Shown: positions 48,519 to 62,200, numbered from the whole stretch's first letter. The stretch is 62,561 nt of DNA, filler included, from Sphacelaria rigidula (GCA_964200075.2; 6 parts of 6 records of this genome joined end to end with filler, not necessarily neighbours in it); one strand, 5' to 3'. Notes: generated from the letters alone by a model not told the origin. Numbers and translations are program-made.

Positions 48519-50117
48519 TACGGGTGCAGTAGATGATGGTAGTGGTATGGAGGGGGGAGGTGGGGGGGGGGGGTAGGAGTAGCTGATTCGGTGTGTGGGA
48601 GCGGGAGGACGCCGGAACAAAATGTCATGCGGCAGGCATTTACTGCAGTTGTGATGAATGTATCTCAGACTTCTGGTATGTTTGTTTGAATGCGATGACG
48701 CCAAATCACGTAATGTGGAAGATACATCTGTATGGTACTATACGAGGTGAGCGGCACAGTTATTTCCACGAAATTTGAGGGGTTGGAAACGTCGGTGTTC
48801 AAGTGACGGAGGGTTTTCGTGACAACTGTGACAAAGCTGAGTGATGATTCTATATCTTGTGTTGTTGAAGTAAACACGACTGCTTATGGGAAAGAGCGCC
48901 ATGGCAGTAGCTCAGGACATGTGCCGCACCATTGTGCTGATGAATTGTGACCCCGGATTGGGAGCGAGAGTAGAACGCTCGCAGCCCGTCCCGACCTAGT
49001 ACACATGTGAGCCTTTCGCCGTGGCGAGTCATGTGGGAGTTTGTGATGGATACTGTGCTTTTGAGGTGGCAAGTGGGTGAGTGTCAGGTGTGGAGTGCTG
49101 CAGTAGTATCAATAGCGGCATTCTCCGATGGAGAGAAGAAGCTTCGTATCCTCTTGTCATAGCTTCGAGCCGACATGTTCCAAGTGTGAAAGCTATGCTC
49201 TCACGTAGCCTTGACATTGCTCGAGGGCTCCTGGCTGATTTAGTCAAGACGGCAGTCGATGTACCGTCCGCGCGTTGTCTTGTCATCCACAGATATCTGA
49301 CACACCTGAAAATTGTATCAATCGGAACCCGACCTCATTCTAGGAGGGTATGATTCCAAGTACGAGGTGTGGTTATATCACGTGTGGCATGATCTCATGC
49401 GGGAATATCTGGCGTGCGTGCTATGCCATGAATGTGATGGCGCAAAAGTACTGTTGGAGGTACGTGATGACTCGGGTGGCCTCTGATCACGTACCCACAG
49501 CATGATGGCGTCCAGGGTGGGGATGCGCACGAGTGTGTAAGCGTGTGCGTTGCGGGAATAGTACAGAGGGTTTGTGGTTGCTACCTAGCATGATAACATC
49601 TTCTCTAAGCTGGTCATCTGTGCATAGGTCTGAGCACTGGCGAAGAAAAGCGTTGAATGTATGCGCATACAGCACTAGACGAATAGGTGTCCTATACCGT
49701 ACACAAGGTACGTGCCAGCTTTGTTGTTGTAAGTATGTTGGCGTGAGAAAATTGTACTTTGGGTGATCGTGTGAGTAGGAATATACCGTATGATTGGACT
49801 AGGACTGCGCTGCAGCTAGACGACTTCCGTAGAAACATTTGAAGGGTACATAGGGGCGATTGAAGGCACGATGGTGGTGTGTTTTACAAGAATATGGGTG
49901 GTCAGGGAAGCTGTCGGCAGATGTGCAACAACCCAGCAGTACATGCGACTCACCTGGTGCTGACCATGCTTACACGTTTTGTTCTTATTCGGTTGCCTTG
50001 TCTGGCGAGGTATATGCCGACGCTCTTTTACTGTTTTACCCGGAGTGCACGCTTAGCCAATCCGGTACGTAAATAGCAAAACAGAACATGAAACAGGTAA
50101 CACCACAATATTGAAGT

Positions 50118-50478
50118 ATGTGTGTTTATCCCATCTATTCTGGAAACCAGTCTACCTACGCCTTTTCGGTATATGTGAGCGCACCAGCCAGGATCACACA
50201 GGAGGACGGTCAAAACACAGGATTTTGTTTATTTTATTTGTTTTATTACTTTGCCTTCTTTTTGCGGCGCTTGCCTTACTTGTTATCGCGCGAAGGGTTC
50301 AGCGGCCTCTTTCCCTCGTTAACCATGAAGTCGAACGTTGTGTACTCACAACATGGTCGCTCTCCACGGTTGGGCATGACGTGCGAGACATTCCACTTCG
50401 TTTGACTCCACCGAGATGCGAACCCACGTCCCAACCGTTGAAGGGTGTCGGGTTATCAGCTGAGCCACCAGCTCGGCC
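50118..50478 (-). mobile_element. tRNA-derived SINE, same family
   Basis: Head GGTGGCTCAGCTG...GGTTCGCATCTC and body ...CATGCCCAACCGTGGAGAGCGACCATG...AAAATCCTGTGTTTTGACCGTCCTCCTGTGTGA.... Confidence 0.75.
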
Positions 50479-51324
50479 GGCGTACGCAATGCAAACGTGG
50501 GCACAATCACTACGTTCGGCGCAGTTGAATGTCGGAGACTTGGACCAATACGTACAGGCAAAAACACACGCACAAACAGAGAAATTGGTGAAGTTAGATC
50601 AAATAGTCCCGTTAAGGTTCATAACTATCGGCATTGTGTTTTCGGAGGTCTCCGAAATATTCGATCCTAGCAAGGTACCTAATGACTCTCAAACGCCTGC
50701 GAGCGCCACGGCGTACACACAGGGCAGCTCCTCGAAGTGCTGCGTTGCAGTCTGAATTCTTCGCACCTCTTCAACCATGAAGTTTCGTAAAGAAAACCAA
50801 GCGCTTCGTTTTCGGAGAAGTCTGAACGTAGAGTCCGAAGAGTCCGAAGAGTCCGAAACATTCTGAGATCTCCGAAAGAACAGTGGCGATGATGATGCGC
50901 TTAATGACACCCTTTCATGGACGGCAATGCTCGCCAATGAAAGCTCGAACAAATGAGAGACAAGAGCAATGCTATGGTAAGGGTGCACGTTTTGCGCAAA
51001 ATCCTGTCTGGTTCAGAGGCTCGTAACATTTCTAGATGCACAAGAATATGGGTCAGGGCATCCCCGTTTGAAAATCCAATCGGGATATCCTTAGCACGTT
51101 GGAATGGTGATCCGGGCGTACTCTCACATTTTTCATAGATCATGTTTTGGATGAGATGAAGGGCTCATAACAATTCTAACCTCAGAAAATATTTGTGCAT
51201 CCCTACCGTCACAGAAATGAAAAAAGGCGGGAAAACACAGAGTTATTGAACTCCCCTCATACAAGATAAGGGTTAACGCCGATGTCCTTTCCCCCGCCAG
51301 ACTAAGTATATCAGAGGTCACGAT

Positions 51325-51482
51325 GGGACCGCATTCGAGTTTAAACACTCCTATGGTTAGGGTTAGGGTTGGGGTTGGGGTTGGGGTTGGGGTTGGGGTC
51401 AGGGGCGTGGCTCCTGCAGGGACTGGCTCAATTGGTTTGAAATACGTCGATCCTGAGGTGTTTTGAACTATGATGCGGTCCC
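51325..51482. mobile_element. Small TIR element containing telomere-like (TTAGGG/TTGGGG)n
   Basis: GGGACCGCATTCGAGTTTAAACAC...GTGTTTTGAACTATGATGCGGTCCC flank GGTTAGGGTTAGGG(TTGGGG)5 at about 51355-51398. Confidence 0.6.
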
Positions 51483-51488
51483 CTATAA

Positions 51489-51586
51489 CCCTCAGACCGC
51501 GAGCTTAGTCTTCTGTTGAATCGGCATCAATTTCGAGTGAAAACAAGTATGCATGATCCAGAAAGACTAGTCTCGCGGTCTAAGGG
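51489..51586. mobile_element. piggyBac-like MITE, family A, with ATAA target duplication
   Basis: ATAA|CCCTCAGACCGCGAG...CTCGCGGTCTAAGGG|ATAA. A further solo end lies at about 51647-51675. Confidence 0.8.
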
Positions 51587-52220
51587 ATAAGCACGCGGTC
51601 CTCTCACGTATTACACTGACATACCCCAACATGGAACGGGCTAGACCCCTTGACCGCGAGGGTGGGTCATCTGGGAAAGTATGAAAAGTCACATTTCAGC
51701 TGCCCCTTGGATTCCCTCATATTGGAAGAAAATATTGTCGGAGGTTTCAGCGAGACCTGCCTAGGAACTTATTAGCGAGACCTACGTAGGAAAATTCGCA
51801 AGGGGCAGGGAGTTTCCAACCTATGGAATTTCGTTTTTTGACATCTATAAACTTTTCCAGCAATGAGGATTCTCTTCCTAAACACCAACGGCGGCACTTT
51901 TTTACTTTTCATACCGTATTCCCTCTCTCACCATTTAACAACAAATTGTGCGAATTGAGGTTTAACTTTGAGATGAGGTTCAAGCCTGAAACAGTGCACA
52001 ATGACGTTTTTGTCGACCTAATACCCTTCAATCGCGTAGATACTTCTTCAGCGCAATTGGCCGACTCTGCGCGCCTACAGCTCTGACCGAAACCGCCATT
52101 TTCCCTGATATTACCCCCCTNNNNNNNNNNNNNNNNNNNNNNNNNNNNNNNNNNNNNNNNNNNNTTAATTAATTAANNNNNNNNNNNNNNNNNNNNNNNN
52201 NNNNNNNNNNNNNNNNNNNN

Positions 52221-52498
52221 ACACAGGAGGAAGGTCAACACAGGAGCTTTTTCTTTTTTGTTTGTTTTTAGTAACCCACCTTCCTTCTGCGGTGCTTGCC
52301 TCTTTTTCTTTTATCGCGAGGAGGGTTGAGCAGTATCTTTCCCTCGTTGACCGTTACGTCGATTTTTGTGTACCCACGACATAGTCGCCCTCCACTGTTG
52401 GGCATGGTGTAAGAAAAAATCCCAGATTGCTCCGGGAATCGAACCCCACAACTCAACCGTCAAAAGGTTGCGAGGTTTCCAACTGAGCCACCGGGGCG
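52221..52498 (-). mobile_element. tRNA-derived SINE (3' end cut by the contig start)
   Basis: Minus strand reads GCCCCGGTGGCTCAGTTGG (A box)...GGTTCGATTCCC (B box), followed by a body shared with the copies at 4852-5143 and 50118-50478. Confidence 0.8.
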
Positions 52499-53239
52499 AC
52501 TGGCTGTGCAGTGTTTCTCGCGTGGATTCACGTGTAGTTTTCTTTTTCGCCACACAGTACGCTTCACAGGGTTTCAGGGGGAAATTGTGCAGTGTTTGTC
52601 GCGGGGATTTGGCTGTAGTTTTTTTTTCGCGCCGCAGAGTACGCTTCACAGGGTCTTGTCACCTCAAGTACTGTCCATTGTTGTCAATATGTTGTAGAGC
52701 CTTAAAAGCACATACAATATACCCCATACAGCATGAGCATGGTACTGGCAGAAAAAACTGGTCCAGAGATTACAGTGGTATGAGTTGAACTCACGATGTC
52801 GCGCTCAGGAGTACGACCGGTTGCAAATTGAGCCACTTGATTTGTTTCTGCCAAGGTCGATATTTTGTGCTTCATATCAATATCAAGCAAAAACCTCCAT
52901 AAGCAAAAGCATGCTCGATTGAGTGATTTTGGTAGACTGCGGACCACGGGGTTTTCATGAGCTATGTGGACTCATATGCGAGGTGTATACCGTCATCTCA
53001 GCATCCACGCTTTGAGCCGAAGCGTCATATCTAAGCTCGTAGGCGTGTGGACATACACTCGTAATCAGTGTGTTGGATCTCTATTCGGCGAAAGGTGTTG
53101 AGAATGACTCATCCTTTGGCCGAGGTATACATGAACTGGGGTCAACAGGATGAATTACTTGCAACATTGTTTTATGCGTGGCGGATCCCATACGCTGATA
53201 ACGGTGCAGTATGCGGGATATGCCCAGCTGACTCTGGAT

Positions 53240-53555
53240 TTTTTCACGGTGTGTCGATTCCGAACCATATAAGCCTCTCCAAGATCATGGAAAACTTGAA
53301 ACAGGAACCCGAACCACAAAAGCCTATTGGAGATCATGTGCGACTTCAAGCAGAAAAATTACTTTTGGCGGGATGTTTCCCCCCCGTGTTTCTCTTCGTC
53401 GCGTTCTCGTTAAGTTGAGAGCACGAAAACACCGGTTATGCCGCCAATGTCACGAGAACATGAGAGCAAAGCAGTTGAAAACAATTGCCTTGGCCTTGGT
53501 CAGCAGCAAACACAAGACCGTGTAATGAGCCGTTGGCGAGTTGAACAAGGCATAC
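53240..53555. repeat. Dispersed direct repeat; second copy at about 54411-54735
   Basis: Shared sequence GTGTCGAT.CCGAACC.TATAAGCCTCT...GAAAACTTGAAACAGG.ACCCGAACCAC...GCAAACACAAGACCGTG.AATG.GCCGTTGGCGAGTTGAAC. Confidence 0.75.
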
Positions 53556-56500
53556 ACACGAGGGCAAACATCCATACTGGGGTCACCTGTGTAGGACCAG
53601 CGCAGGGGGGTGCCGAAATCCCGGTGATCGTGCAATCCGTAACAGAAAGTTCCCTCACAGGATGCACCTGTGAAGTACGGGCGCAGGGATGTCCTTGTGA
53701 CACGGATGGCAGGGATGTCAAAGGGACATCCCTACGCAGGTAGTTCATAGGTTCATACCAGTGAATTAGCGCGCTGCTTCGGTAGGCATGCACAGCAGTG
53801 CAACTGTGAAGTAACTGTGCAGGGATGTCCCTGGGGGCGCTCAACAAGTATAGTCGTACACATGAAGAATGCAGTAGTTGTTATCAATACACCCGTGCAA
53901 TCTAAATAGTACGCAATACAGGGTGTGATCCCAAATGTATACAGTATACTATATACTACAGTCAGTATCTTGCGTTCCCATGAAGCGGGCTTATATTGCA
54001 GGAGTAAAGATATTAGAATAGAAAATGCGGGTACATAATGGAATACGTGAATCGCGGCCGAAGGTGCGTATTCGAAGTCGTGACCTGTGTCATTGGATGC
54101 TCCTTTATCAGTTGTGTTTATTCACGTCTATTTATATTCGCAGAGAGCAATATACACCTGTCTGATCGTCGCGGACAAAGCGAGGACTCGCGCTCTTTTT
54201 CTCTCTTGATTCAACCAATGTATATCATGTACATGTATCATTTCACATTTTCCACCACTTTTGCGGATATTTTTCTGGCGGCAAGGCATTTTCCCCACGC
54301 TTTCTTCTGCAGCGCACTAACGAGGCTCAGCGGTACATTGGCGGTCATGTTTGGGTTTATTTGACACCTGTGGTGCGTATTCTGGCCACCGAAAGTTGCT
54401 CAAACTGACCCTTTTTCGCGGGGTGTCGATCCCGAACCGTATAAGCCTCTTCAAGGTCATCGAAAACTTGAAACAGGGACCCGAACCACGAAAAATCCTG
54501 TTGAAAACCATGCAAAACTTTGATCAATATCACTTTTGGCGGGATATGCCCCACCCGTGTTTCTCTTTGTCGCGTTTTCGTTTATTTGAGAGCACGAACA
54601 CACCGGCTTTCTTTGCCGTCAATATCACGAGAACATAAAAGCAAAGCGGTTGAAAACAGTTGAACATTGCCTTGGCCTTTGTTAGTAGCAAACACAAGAC
54701 CGTGCAATGGGCCGTTGGCGAGTTGAACGAGGCATAGCAGCACGCTGCACAGGAGTGTTTTGCCGCAAAAACCTACCATCCCGTTTATAAAAGGGCCCAA
54801 TGATGTGGATGCCACAGTGATGTACAGAGAACATGTCAAGACTCTGTTCCACGCGTTCCATTTTTCCAGAGGTGCCTCCCGCCGTCAAGTCTTTGTGGCA
54901 CGAGACTACTTCGCACTCTAGTACCTCGGGGATACCACACATGTCCTACGCTGGCGGTTCCGCCGTCGGCCTCTGTCCGAATTCCCATATTTCCGAACCA
55001 TATCCGATAACACGTGCGATGTTTCGTACAGCCACGACCATTGCTGTACATCGAGATACAACAGTAGCTTCTCTGAACCATATATTTTCGACTTGCGTCA
55101 CCCCCCTGGAAGCCCGTACCAACCTCCCGAAGGGAAACCTCGTAAGAGTTATAATTATAGTAATAGCCACGCCATTAGAAATCATCACAAGCAACATTTT
55201 TGGCCTATTGCTTATCATAAGACATGTGCGGCTCACAAAGCCGTGTATCCCTGTACCGCAGGTGCACTACAGTACAGTACAGTGATCCAATAGTCACGGT
55301 ATAGCACACCTGTCAGTCCTTCCACCTGGCGACGGGACAGTGTTGAGCATAGAGAAAACCTTCTCCACAATCTTTTAAAGCTTAATTTGGCTCCCAACAT
55401 GATGCATGCTTGTGCAGCAGCAGCGACGTGTCCTCGTCTTTTTGCGTGGTTGACGGAAAGCACCGTGTCGTGTGGTCACAGTGCCTATCGCTGCTACCCT
55501 GCACTGGCCAAACAGGATCAGCAGATGACCTGGGTGGGAAACAAGAGTACGCTGTTTAATTATCGATGGGTATGCCATGGGGCATGGTCTTCGAGGGATC
55601 CGCGCTTAACTGGCTTCCCTCAAAACGCAGAATACGGCAGAAACGGGATTCATTGTGTTCTCGCGAAGGGCAGTCACTGGAAACCGTTACAGAAGTAGAT
55701 TGCCGTTACGTGACCTACTGCGTACGCTGCATCATACCCTGGATAATGACGCGAAGTGTACTGCGTACAGTATCGGTTATTCCATCTATTGCCGTAGACA
55801 CTAGATTCCATTCTGTGCACCGTACATTTTTTGACAATGCAATACACTGTCCAGGGTGTGGTACGCTGGTACCACCGGCTGTTGGGGGTAGGACGTCTAT
55901 TAGACAGAAAAACTGCTGTGTCAGCTGCTCTTTGTGTGCTCACTAACCCTAGCCCTCATTGATATGTTGCTGTCGTCGTGCAAAAATATGTGGGATCATG
56001 TATGCATTGCTCTGTGTACTCTTCGGCCCGGGAAGCCCTTATAACAGGCAGGTGGCGAGCACTTCTTTATTGTACTAGCCTCAAGTGATCCACCCCCAAA
56101 CCTACTTGACTCACTGCCTACGTGTCCATAACCGCGTGTGTTGACACGGTTTACAGTAGTTGCATCGCCTGGTCGGACGCTTTCCCCTTCTCGATAGTTC
56201 GTCAATTTACGCCGCTTTTTTGGTCGTTCTACGTCGGTCAGTGAGGAATGTGTCCATGTGATCAGTTTCGTGTTAACCAGACTACTCCGACAATATTATG
56301 TATTGTTTGTATGTCCACACGAGGGTATTTCCGCCGTGGTAAATAAAAGGCTAATGGACAGATATCTGACAACGTTCTGGAAAGTTGTCCTGCCCACGTC
56401 CTGTTCTGTTCGACAACTGGGAATAGAACAGGCGACCATGTCTATGTGCCCATGTGTCCATGCCTCCATGAGGAGGGTTTCCTCAAAGCGACGTGATCAT

Positions 56501-58661
56501 CATTGTGAACATGGGGATGCGTTCAATACGTATACGTCCATATCCTTGTTCAACGTCTCATATACGCATACATGGGCATATATCTGGATATACGCCCACC
56601 GAACGTCATTTTTATGCCCGAAACAACGTCCTGTCACCGAATTTGAGAATTCGTATATTGCAAATTTGGCCGCGCTCTAGTAACATGCCTGTTCACTGAT
56701 GACGGACGATGAATCACCGCAAGGGATTCGAACTTACCTTCAATAAATAGTTAACTTGATGAAGAACTTCACCTACTACTCGTTCATTTGATGAACAACT
56801 CTCAACGTTTGATAACGGCAATATATAGTTGTGCCGAATGTTTTACGTTCATACACACGCATGGATATCTGGACATCTAGAGCTCTGGCCCCCGGGATCA
56901 ACATTGACGTGCACAAATGCTGCCCTCGCAGATGCCGATCTACTTTCACCGGTGACTCCTTCAAAACGGATACCTTTTGAGAAACTCGGAAGTTGTTCAA
57001 AAGATGAACGATCCGGTGAAGGTATGCCAGTTTCCCGTGTGGTGAGCAGTGCTGCTCATCTTGGGCAAAGAGAACGCTTTTTGCCGCGTCGGCTCATCTG
57101 TTAATATGTTGTGTTTGTGTGTCTAAGTTTCTATTTCATCATCCTCATATTTGTATACAGCGTAGTGTCCGTAAATGTACACTTCTGTGTTCGTGAACGG
57201 GTGTTTGAAAGATACTGTTTTAATCTGAATTTTGGAGTTCAGATCTTTTATGTCGCTTGGAAAAGACTTTTCGAACCGAAGGCGATACCTGACGTTCCGG
57301 ACAACATTTTCAGCCGAATGCAGTATCCAGCGAAGTTCGACAAAACGTTTCTGAACCGGACGCCATGTCTAACTTTTCAGAAGTTGTTCTGAAGTGAAGA
57401 GTTGATATATATCCCGTCCTGCCGGGGGCACATGATGTAGTATCGGGCTTACGCTGGGGAAGAAAAAGGCTCATCACTTGAGACTACGGAGTCGTCCCTA
57501 GAAAGGGAAGGGTCATAAGGAACGCGTGAAATGTACTTAACTGCACGTTGATGTCTTCCCCTTGCTTGCTAGTTGACGTGTTCATTGTGTTCGTGGTACT
57601 CAACATCGTGCTCTTATTCGTATCTGCTGTGCGACGATCTCCCGTCGGCAGGATATCATGGCGCTACCCGAGAAGAGCTCGTTGAGTTTTACGCTGTTCC
57701 GCGGGAACTTCATCACTCTCAATCCTGACGGAAGCTTCGAAATCGATGGTGTGTCGTGCAGAGGACCAATTTACACGGGTGCCGCGGATTGCTGAGAAAA
57801 TACGTCCTCTTGTTTTGCACTTGCGGGGTAGTAGTGAATATAGGGGGTAGTTTGTATCTGTCGGGAGCTTCGCCGTGTTTTCGCTTGGGAAACGAGTCGA
57901 ATATAGTGGCTTTGAGAATAGTCGGGATTCGTCTGGGCTTGCGTGAAAGTGTTGGAAGAAACATCAATTACAACACCACTGTTGACTCTCCTCGTTATGC
58001 GTTCGGTCGGGTTTTGTTGTAATGCCACAGTGTGGTGTGCTATTGGGTTACAGGTTTTGTCCTGTTAACTTTTCCGAGGTAGTGGTGCCGTTGTGCGTCT
58101 AGGAAACGTGTATGTGACGAGAAGTTTGACTCGCCTTTCAATATTTCGGCAAGTGTTTGTAAAGTGCATACTGTAGTCATTTGCAACTCGGGAGTTATTC
58201 CCTGATCAACCATACGAAAGAGGGAAACTGGTATGGAACTGTTTATAATGACAGGGTGACGGCGAAGGCGATCGCTGACGGCGCTTTCTGGGGTACGTCA
58301 GGCTACTTGTTGTATGCCTAATAGGGGGTATTATTCCAGGCGATATGGAAGTGTACTGTAATTTTATAGGTGTACGAGGCACTGCGACTGCAGTAGTTCA
58401 CTTATAAAGATGACGATGGCGCATCCTCTAGTGCATACGGTATCCTACAATCGTATGTCCCGACGACCTACATGTTGACTGTAATTTTACAATCGTGTGA
58501 GAATTTCAATTTATCGACGGCGTGTGTCGACCTTTTTTATGATGCACTGCATTCAACAAAGTGCGTTTGATGTGTGTAGTGGATAGTCGCGATCGCTACC
58601 GCTGCTGGTGGTGTGAGAGGCTTGGGTTTTGTTCGTCAACTGTGATGACTCGTTTGATATA

Positions 58662-59216
58662 CAGTAGTGGGCGGTCTAACTGTTCATTTCGTGGTTATTG
58701 TGTTTTTTTCGTAGTTGGCGATTTTCTTGGGCTCTTTTCGCCTGCCACCGCTTTTCATGTTGGGGATCTGAAAACATTTGTACCCGGTCCGTATTCCAAG
58801 AAAATAAAATCATCTGTACGCAGTATTGAGTGACTTACGGCCTGACCGGTCATCGGGGGTCCTGCCACGTTCCAGCCCAGGTTCTTACTCTTCGGTATTT
58901 TCGGTCAATCGAGCCTGTCCCGATCATATTTATGAAAAAATGCACAGTTTTGTTTTTTTGAAGTTCTACCTACTCATTGCACCAGAGCCGAAAAACTGTG
59001 TTTCACGGCCAATAACACCTCCTGATGAACGGGGTATTTACCCGTATCGCACGATAACACAAACTAACACCGACTTGGGCACTGCGTTACGAGGATGATC
59101 TGTTCATTGTATCGAAATCTCCCGACGCTAGCAATTTTGAGTTCCATCGAAAGTAGTACGCGACGAAAAACCCCAAACACCCCTGAATAGTTGAATACTT
59201 GGAGCGCCCACTATTG
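58662..59216. mobile_element. Tc1/mariner-like non-autonomous element (same family as 32479-33100)
   Basis: TA|CAGTAGTGGGCGGTCTAACT...CGCCCACTATTG|TA. Shared interior includes GAGTGACTTACGG..TGACCGGTCAT..GGGGTCCTGCCACGTT. Confidence 0.75.
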
Positions 59217-62200
59217 TACAACTTTTCGTGGGGCACACGAGTATAAAACTTCCGCAACACCATAGTTTCTCATCCATGCCCATTTTTATGGGGGAAGGGG
59301 GGGAGGGGGGGGATTCTGGATTCAAGTACTAAACGCTACTCGGCAAGGCTGGATACATGAAACTGAAGTTAGTGCAGGTGTTGAGCGTATGTCACTGGAC
59401 TCGAAGGAAAGATGCTACATCGTTTGTAAGAGATGACTACGGTGCAACCAAGTCAGGAGTATGAAACTGATGCAATAAGTGGTGGGCGACAGTTGTGAGG
59501 TGGCTGAGTGTCGACGTTGCCTGACGAGCGCAGCGCGCCGCACTGTGTAGGCATGTAATATTCATATAGCAAATTTCATATTATGAGAGTTCCGTCCGCG
59601 TTTTTCAATCTCTGTGATTTACACGGTTCTTCTCGCCGTTCTTGTGAGTATGTGCTGCGACTCTTTTCTTTATTGACCGATAAACCTTGCCTGTAGCACC
59701 CAAAATGCCCATTTCATCTTTACGGACCTTCCCTTTTCATCCACGTGAATGGTTTGACGATGCCCGGCCACTAAGAAGATGCGCTGGTATACAATATTGC
59801 TAATATGCATTATTTCGTTCGTGGAACGACGCAGAAGGCTCAGAGTCAGTCGCCTTGAAGCTGTACATGCGCGACAACACCCAACCCTTCGACTGCCAGA
59901 GTGAATCGTCTGGGTCTTTTCCCCGCTTCAAAGCGTTTATTGTACCCGTTCCACGGATTGCTCACCCTGGTGGCCAAAGGGTCGACACCCACAATAATGG
60001 CCGCGAAAAGGTGATGAATTCGCTGAGTTAATGAAAATACAGGTGGACTTTTGCTCTCGTCGCAAGGCAGCACATAGTAAGGGGGGTGTAGAGGGTCGCC
60101 ATAAGGGGTTCGGGTTCTGGACCTTACAGAGGGTGTGTGTAGGGTTGCCGCAGGGGGTTTTGGATCTCTGGAGGGTGTATAGATGGTCGCCGAAGAGGGT
60201 TCTGGACATTTCGAGGGTCGCCGGAAGGTCTTTACCTGCGGAAGGTGCTCCGAGAGTGTAGCAAAGTGTCTGGCTGTGGCGTGTTTTGTTGAATACATTA
60301 AGTACCAATAGTTAGTGGTCCATTTTGACGAAAAAAATGAGATTCACGTGCATTGTTGATGCGCGATATGCTTCGTTGTATCATCACAGCGCGTGTGTTG
60401 ACAAAACCAAATCAAATACAGTTCATGATTTTGACATCGCAAGTGGGTGGGTCCGGCACGGGAAACGGAAGTACCTACTTCAGAGATGAATGAGTTGAGA
60501 ACCGATAACAATCGACAGCCGATACAGCTCTTTTGAACGATAGGTGATTTAAGGATTTTGAATGCTGACCAACCAAGACGATTGTACTGTCCTCGAACAA
60601 AGTTTGACAGCCCTCCCTCGTGGGAGCAGAAAATCATTTTCGACGCGATACATCACTGTATTCCTTGAGACTAGACACCAGTCCCGACGTAAGGGACGGA
60701 TCAACAGTTTGCCGATAAACGACAATCGACTGGACGCCCGTATATATTTATGCAAATTTCGCCGAGCAGTGTAGTCCTCGATGATTCCCTTTCAACTAAC
60801 GTAAGAACACCACGCACACACGAAGTCATACCAAAAGCGATCCAATGGTTTGCTGAGCGTTTTCGACACACCATACAGTGAATAGGCGAATCTTCAGTGT
60901 TTTCAGCTGTAGCTAGGAAAGATCACTAAACGACGCACAATTAGGTCGTTCATACTGCTTCCGCTCCCACAGCCGTAGTCGCCACATTAGTTGATTGATT
61001 AGAGTGATTGTCGCTTATGAGCTGTCCCACCATGACTACAGCCGTGGTCAGAAGATAGACGTATCCCACATCATCCCAGTGGCCGCTAACTATTCCTGTC
61101 TAGCCTACTGACTCCTGTCTAATGGGCAACTTCACTGGTACATGAGAAGGCACCGCCGATGAGAGCGATGATAGGGGGACACACGTCGCCGAAAATGAGG
61201 GGAACAGCAGCACCGACGGCGGCGGCGATGGCGTGGATACCATCTCTTTCCGATGTTGAGGGCCTAGTGCCGGTGTTGCAGTCCGACTGGGAACGGGCGG
61301 CGGTGGTAACGGCGTAGATACCACCGCTCCCACATGCCAAGAGCCGACTGAGTTTTCTGGAGACGACTCAGGGAGACAGGGGGGCGTCCAATGATCCATC
61401 AGTGCCGTCGGCGGCCGAGGGGGGCAACGTGTGAGGGGGTGAGAGGCGACTCTAGGAATGATGAATGGTCATAGCAGACAGGCAGCGGCGTGGTCGGCGA
61501 GCCAATAATAATAGGTGGATACACGCCATCGAGGGAGACCGCCGTAGCGATGCTGCCAACGGAGGCGTCGGCGGATCACGGCGGGGAAGAGTAGCTTGAG
61601 GTAACGTATCCACTACTGGCAAGCCCATTCTTGATCACCTAGGGGGGAGAGGGGCCGGGGTTATGCACACTGACAGCTGCTGGGAAGGTTTCCGGAACGG
61701 CCGCTACAGCACCGGAGCTGGAGACGACGACCACAGTACCGACGAAACCCGCGATAAAGCCAGTCGGCACGAGAGAGGAGAAAAGTGAATCGGGGGAGGA
61801 GTCTTTGTTACCGATGAGACTCATTGAAGTGGCGCCAAAGGTACAATATCCGCACCTCCCGCGACTGCGGTATCGTCGGTGGGCGAGACGGGAGTACAGA
61901 AAGAGGCAACACAGGGGAAGGGGGTCGTGTCATCGCACACGGAGGCAATATTGTCAAGGGGACGACAGCGGGAGACACCACCACTGATGGGGGTTTGACT
62001 GATCGGGAAGCCAGCCGCGGCCGCAAGGCAACGGACGCAGGCAGTGCGGTGCCCAAACGCAGGCCAGCCGCTCAGCTACCGGCCGCGGAAAAGAAAGTCT
62101 CATCAAGTGGCTAAGTGTTCGGTACGTTGCATCCTTGATAGGATAGCTCAGAGTCTCCGTCGTTTTTGCAAGCGTGATTTTTCTGCGTAAACGTTTTTGA

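Noticed and set aside
10391..52176. TTAATTAATTAA repeated at a near-exact 10.44-kb period
   Set aside because: It is a synthetic six-frame-stop linker embedded in Ns, not a biological periodicity.
52424..52498. Functional tRNA gene
   Set aside because: The T and acceptor stems are incomplete, and the sequence continues into a multi-copy SINE body.
56696..59060. Hammerhead ribozyme cores (CTGATGA at about 56697 and 59022)
   Set aside because: There is no correctly placed GAAA or stems I/III.
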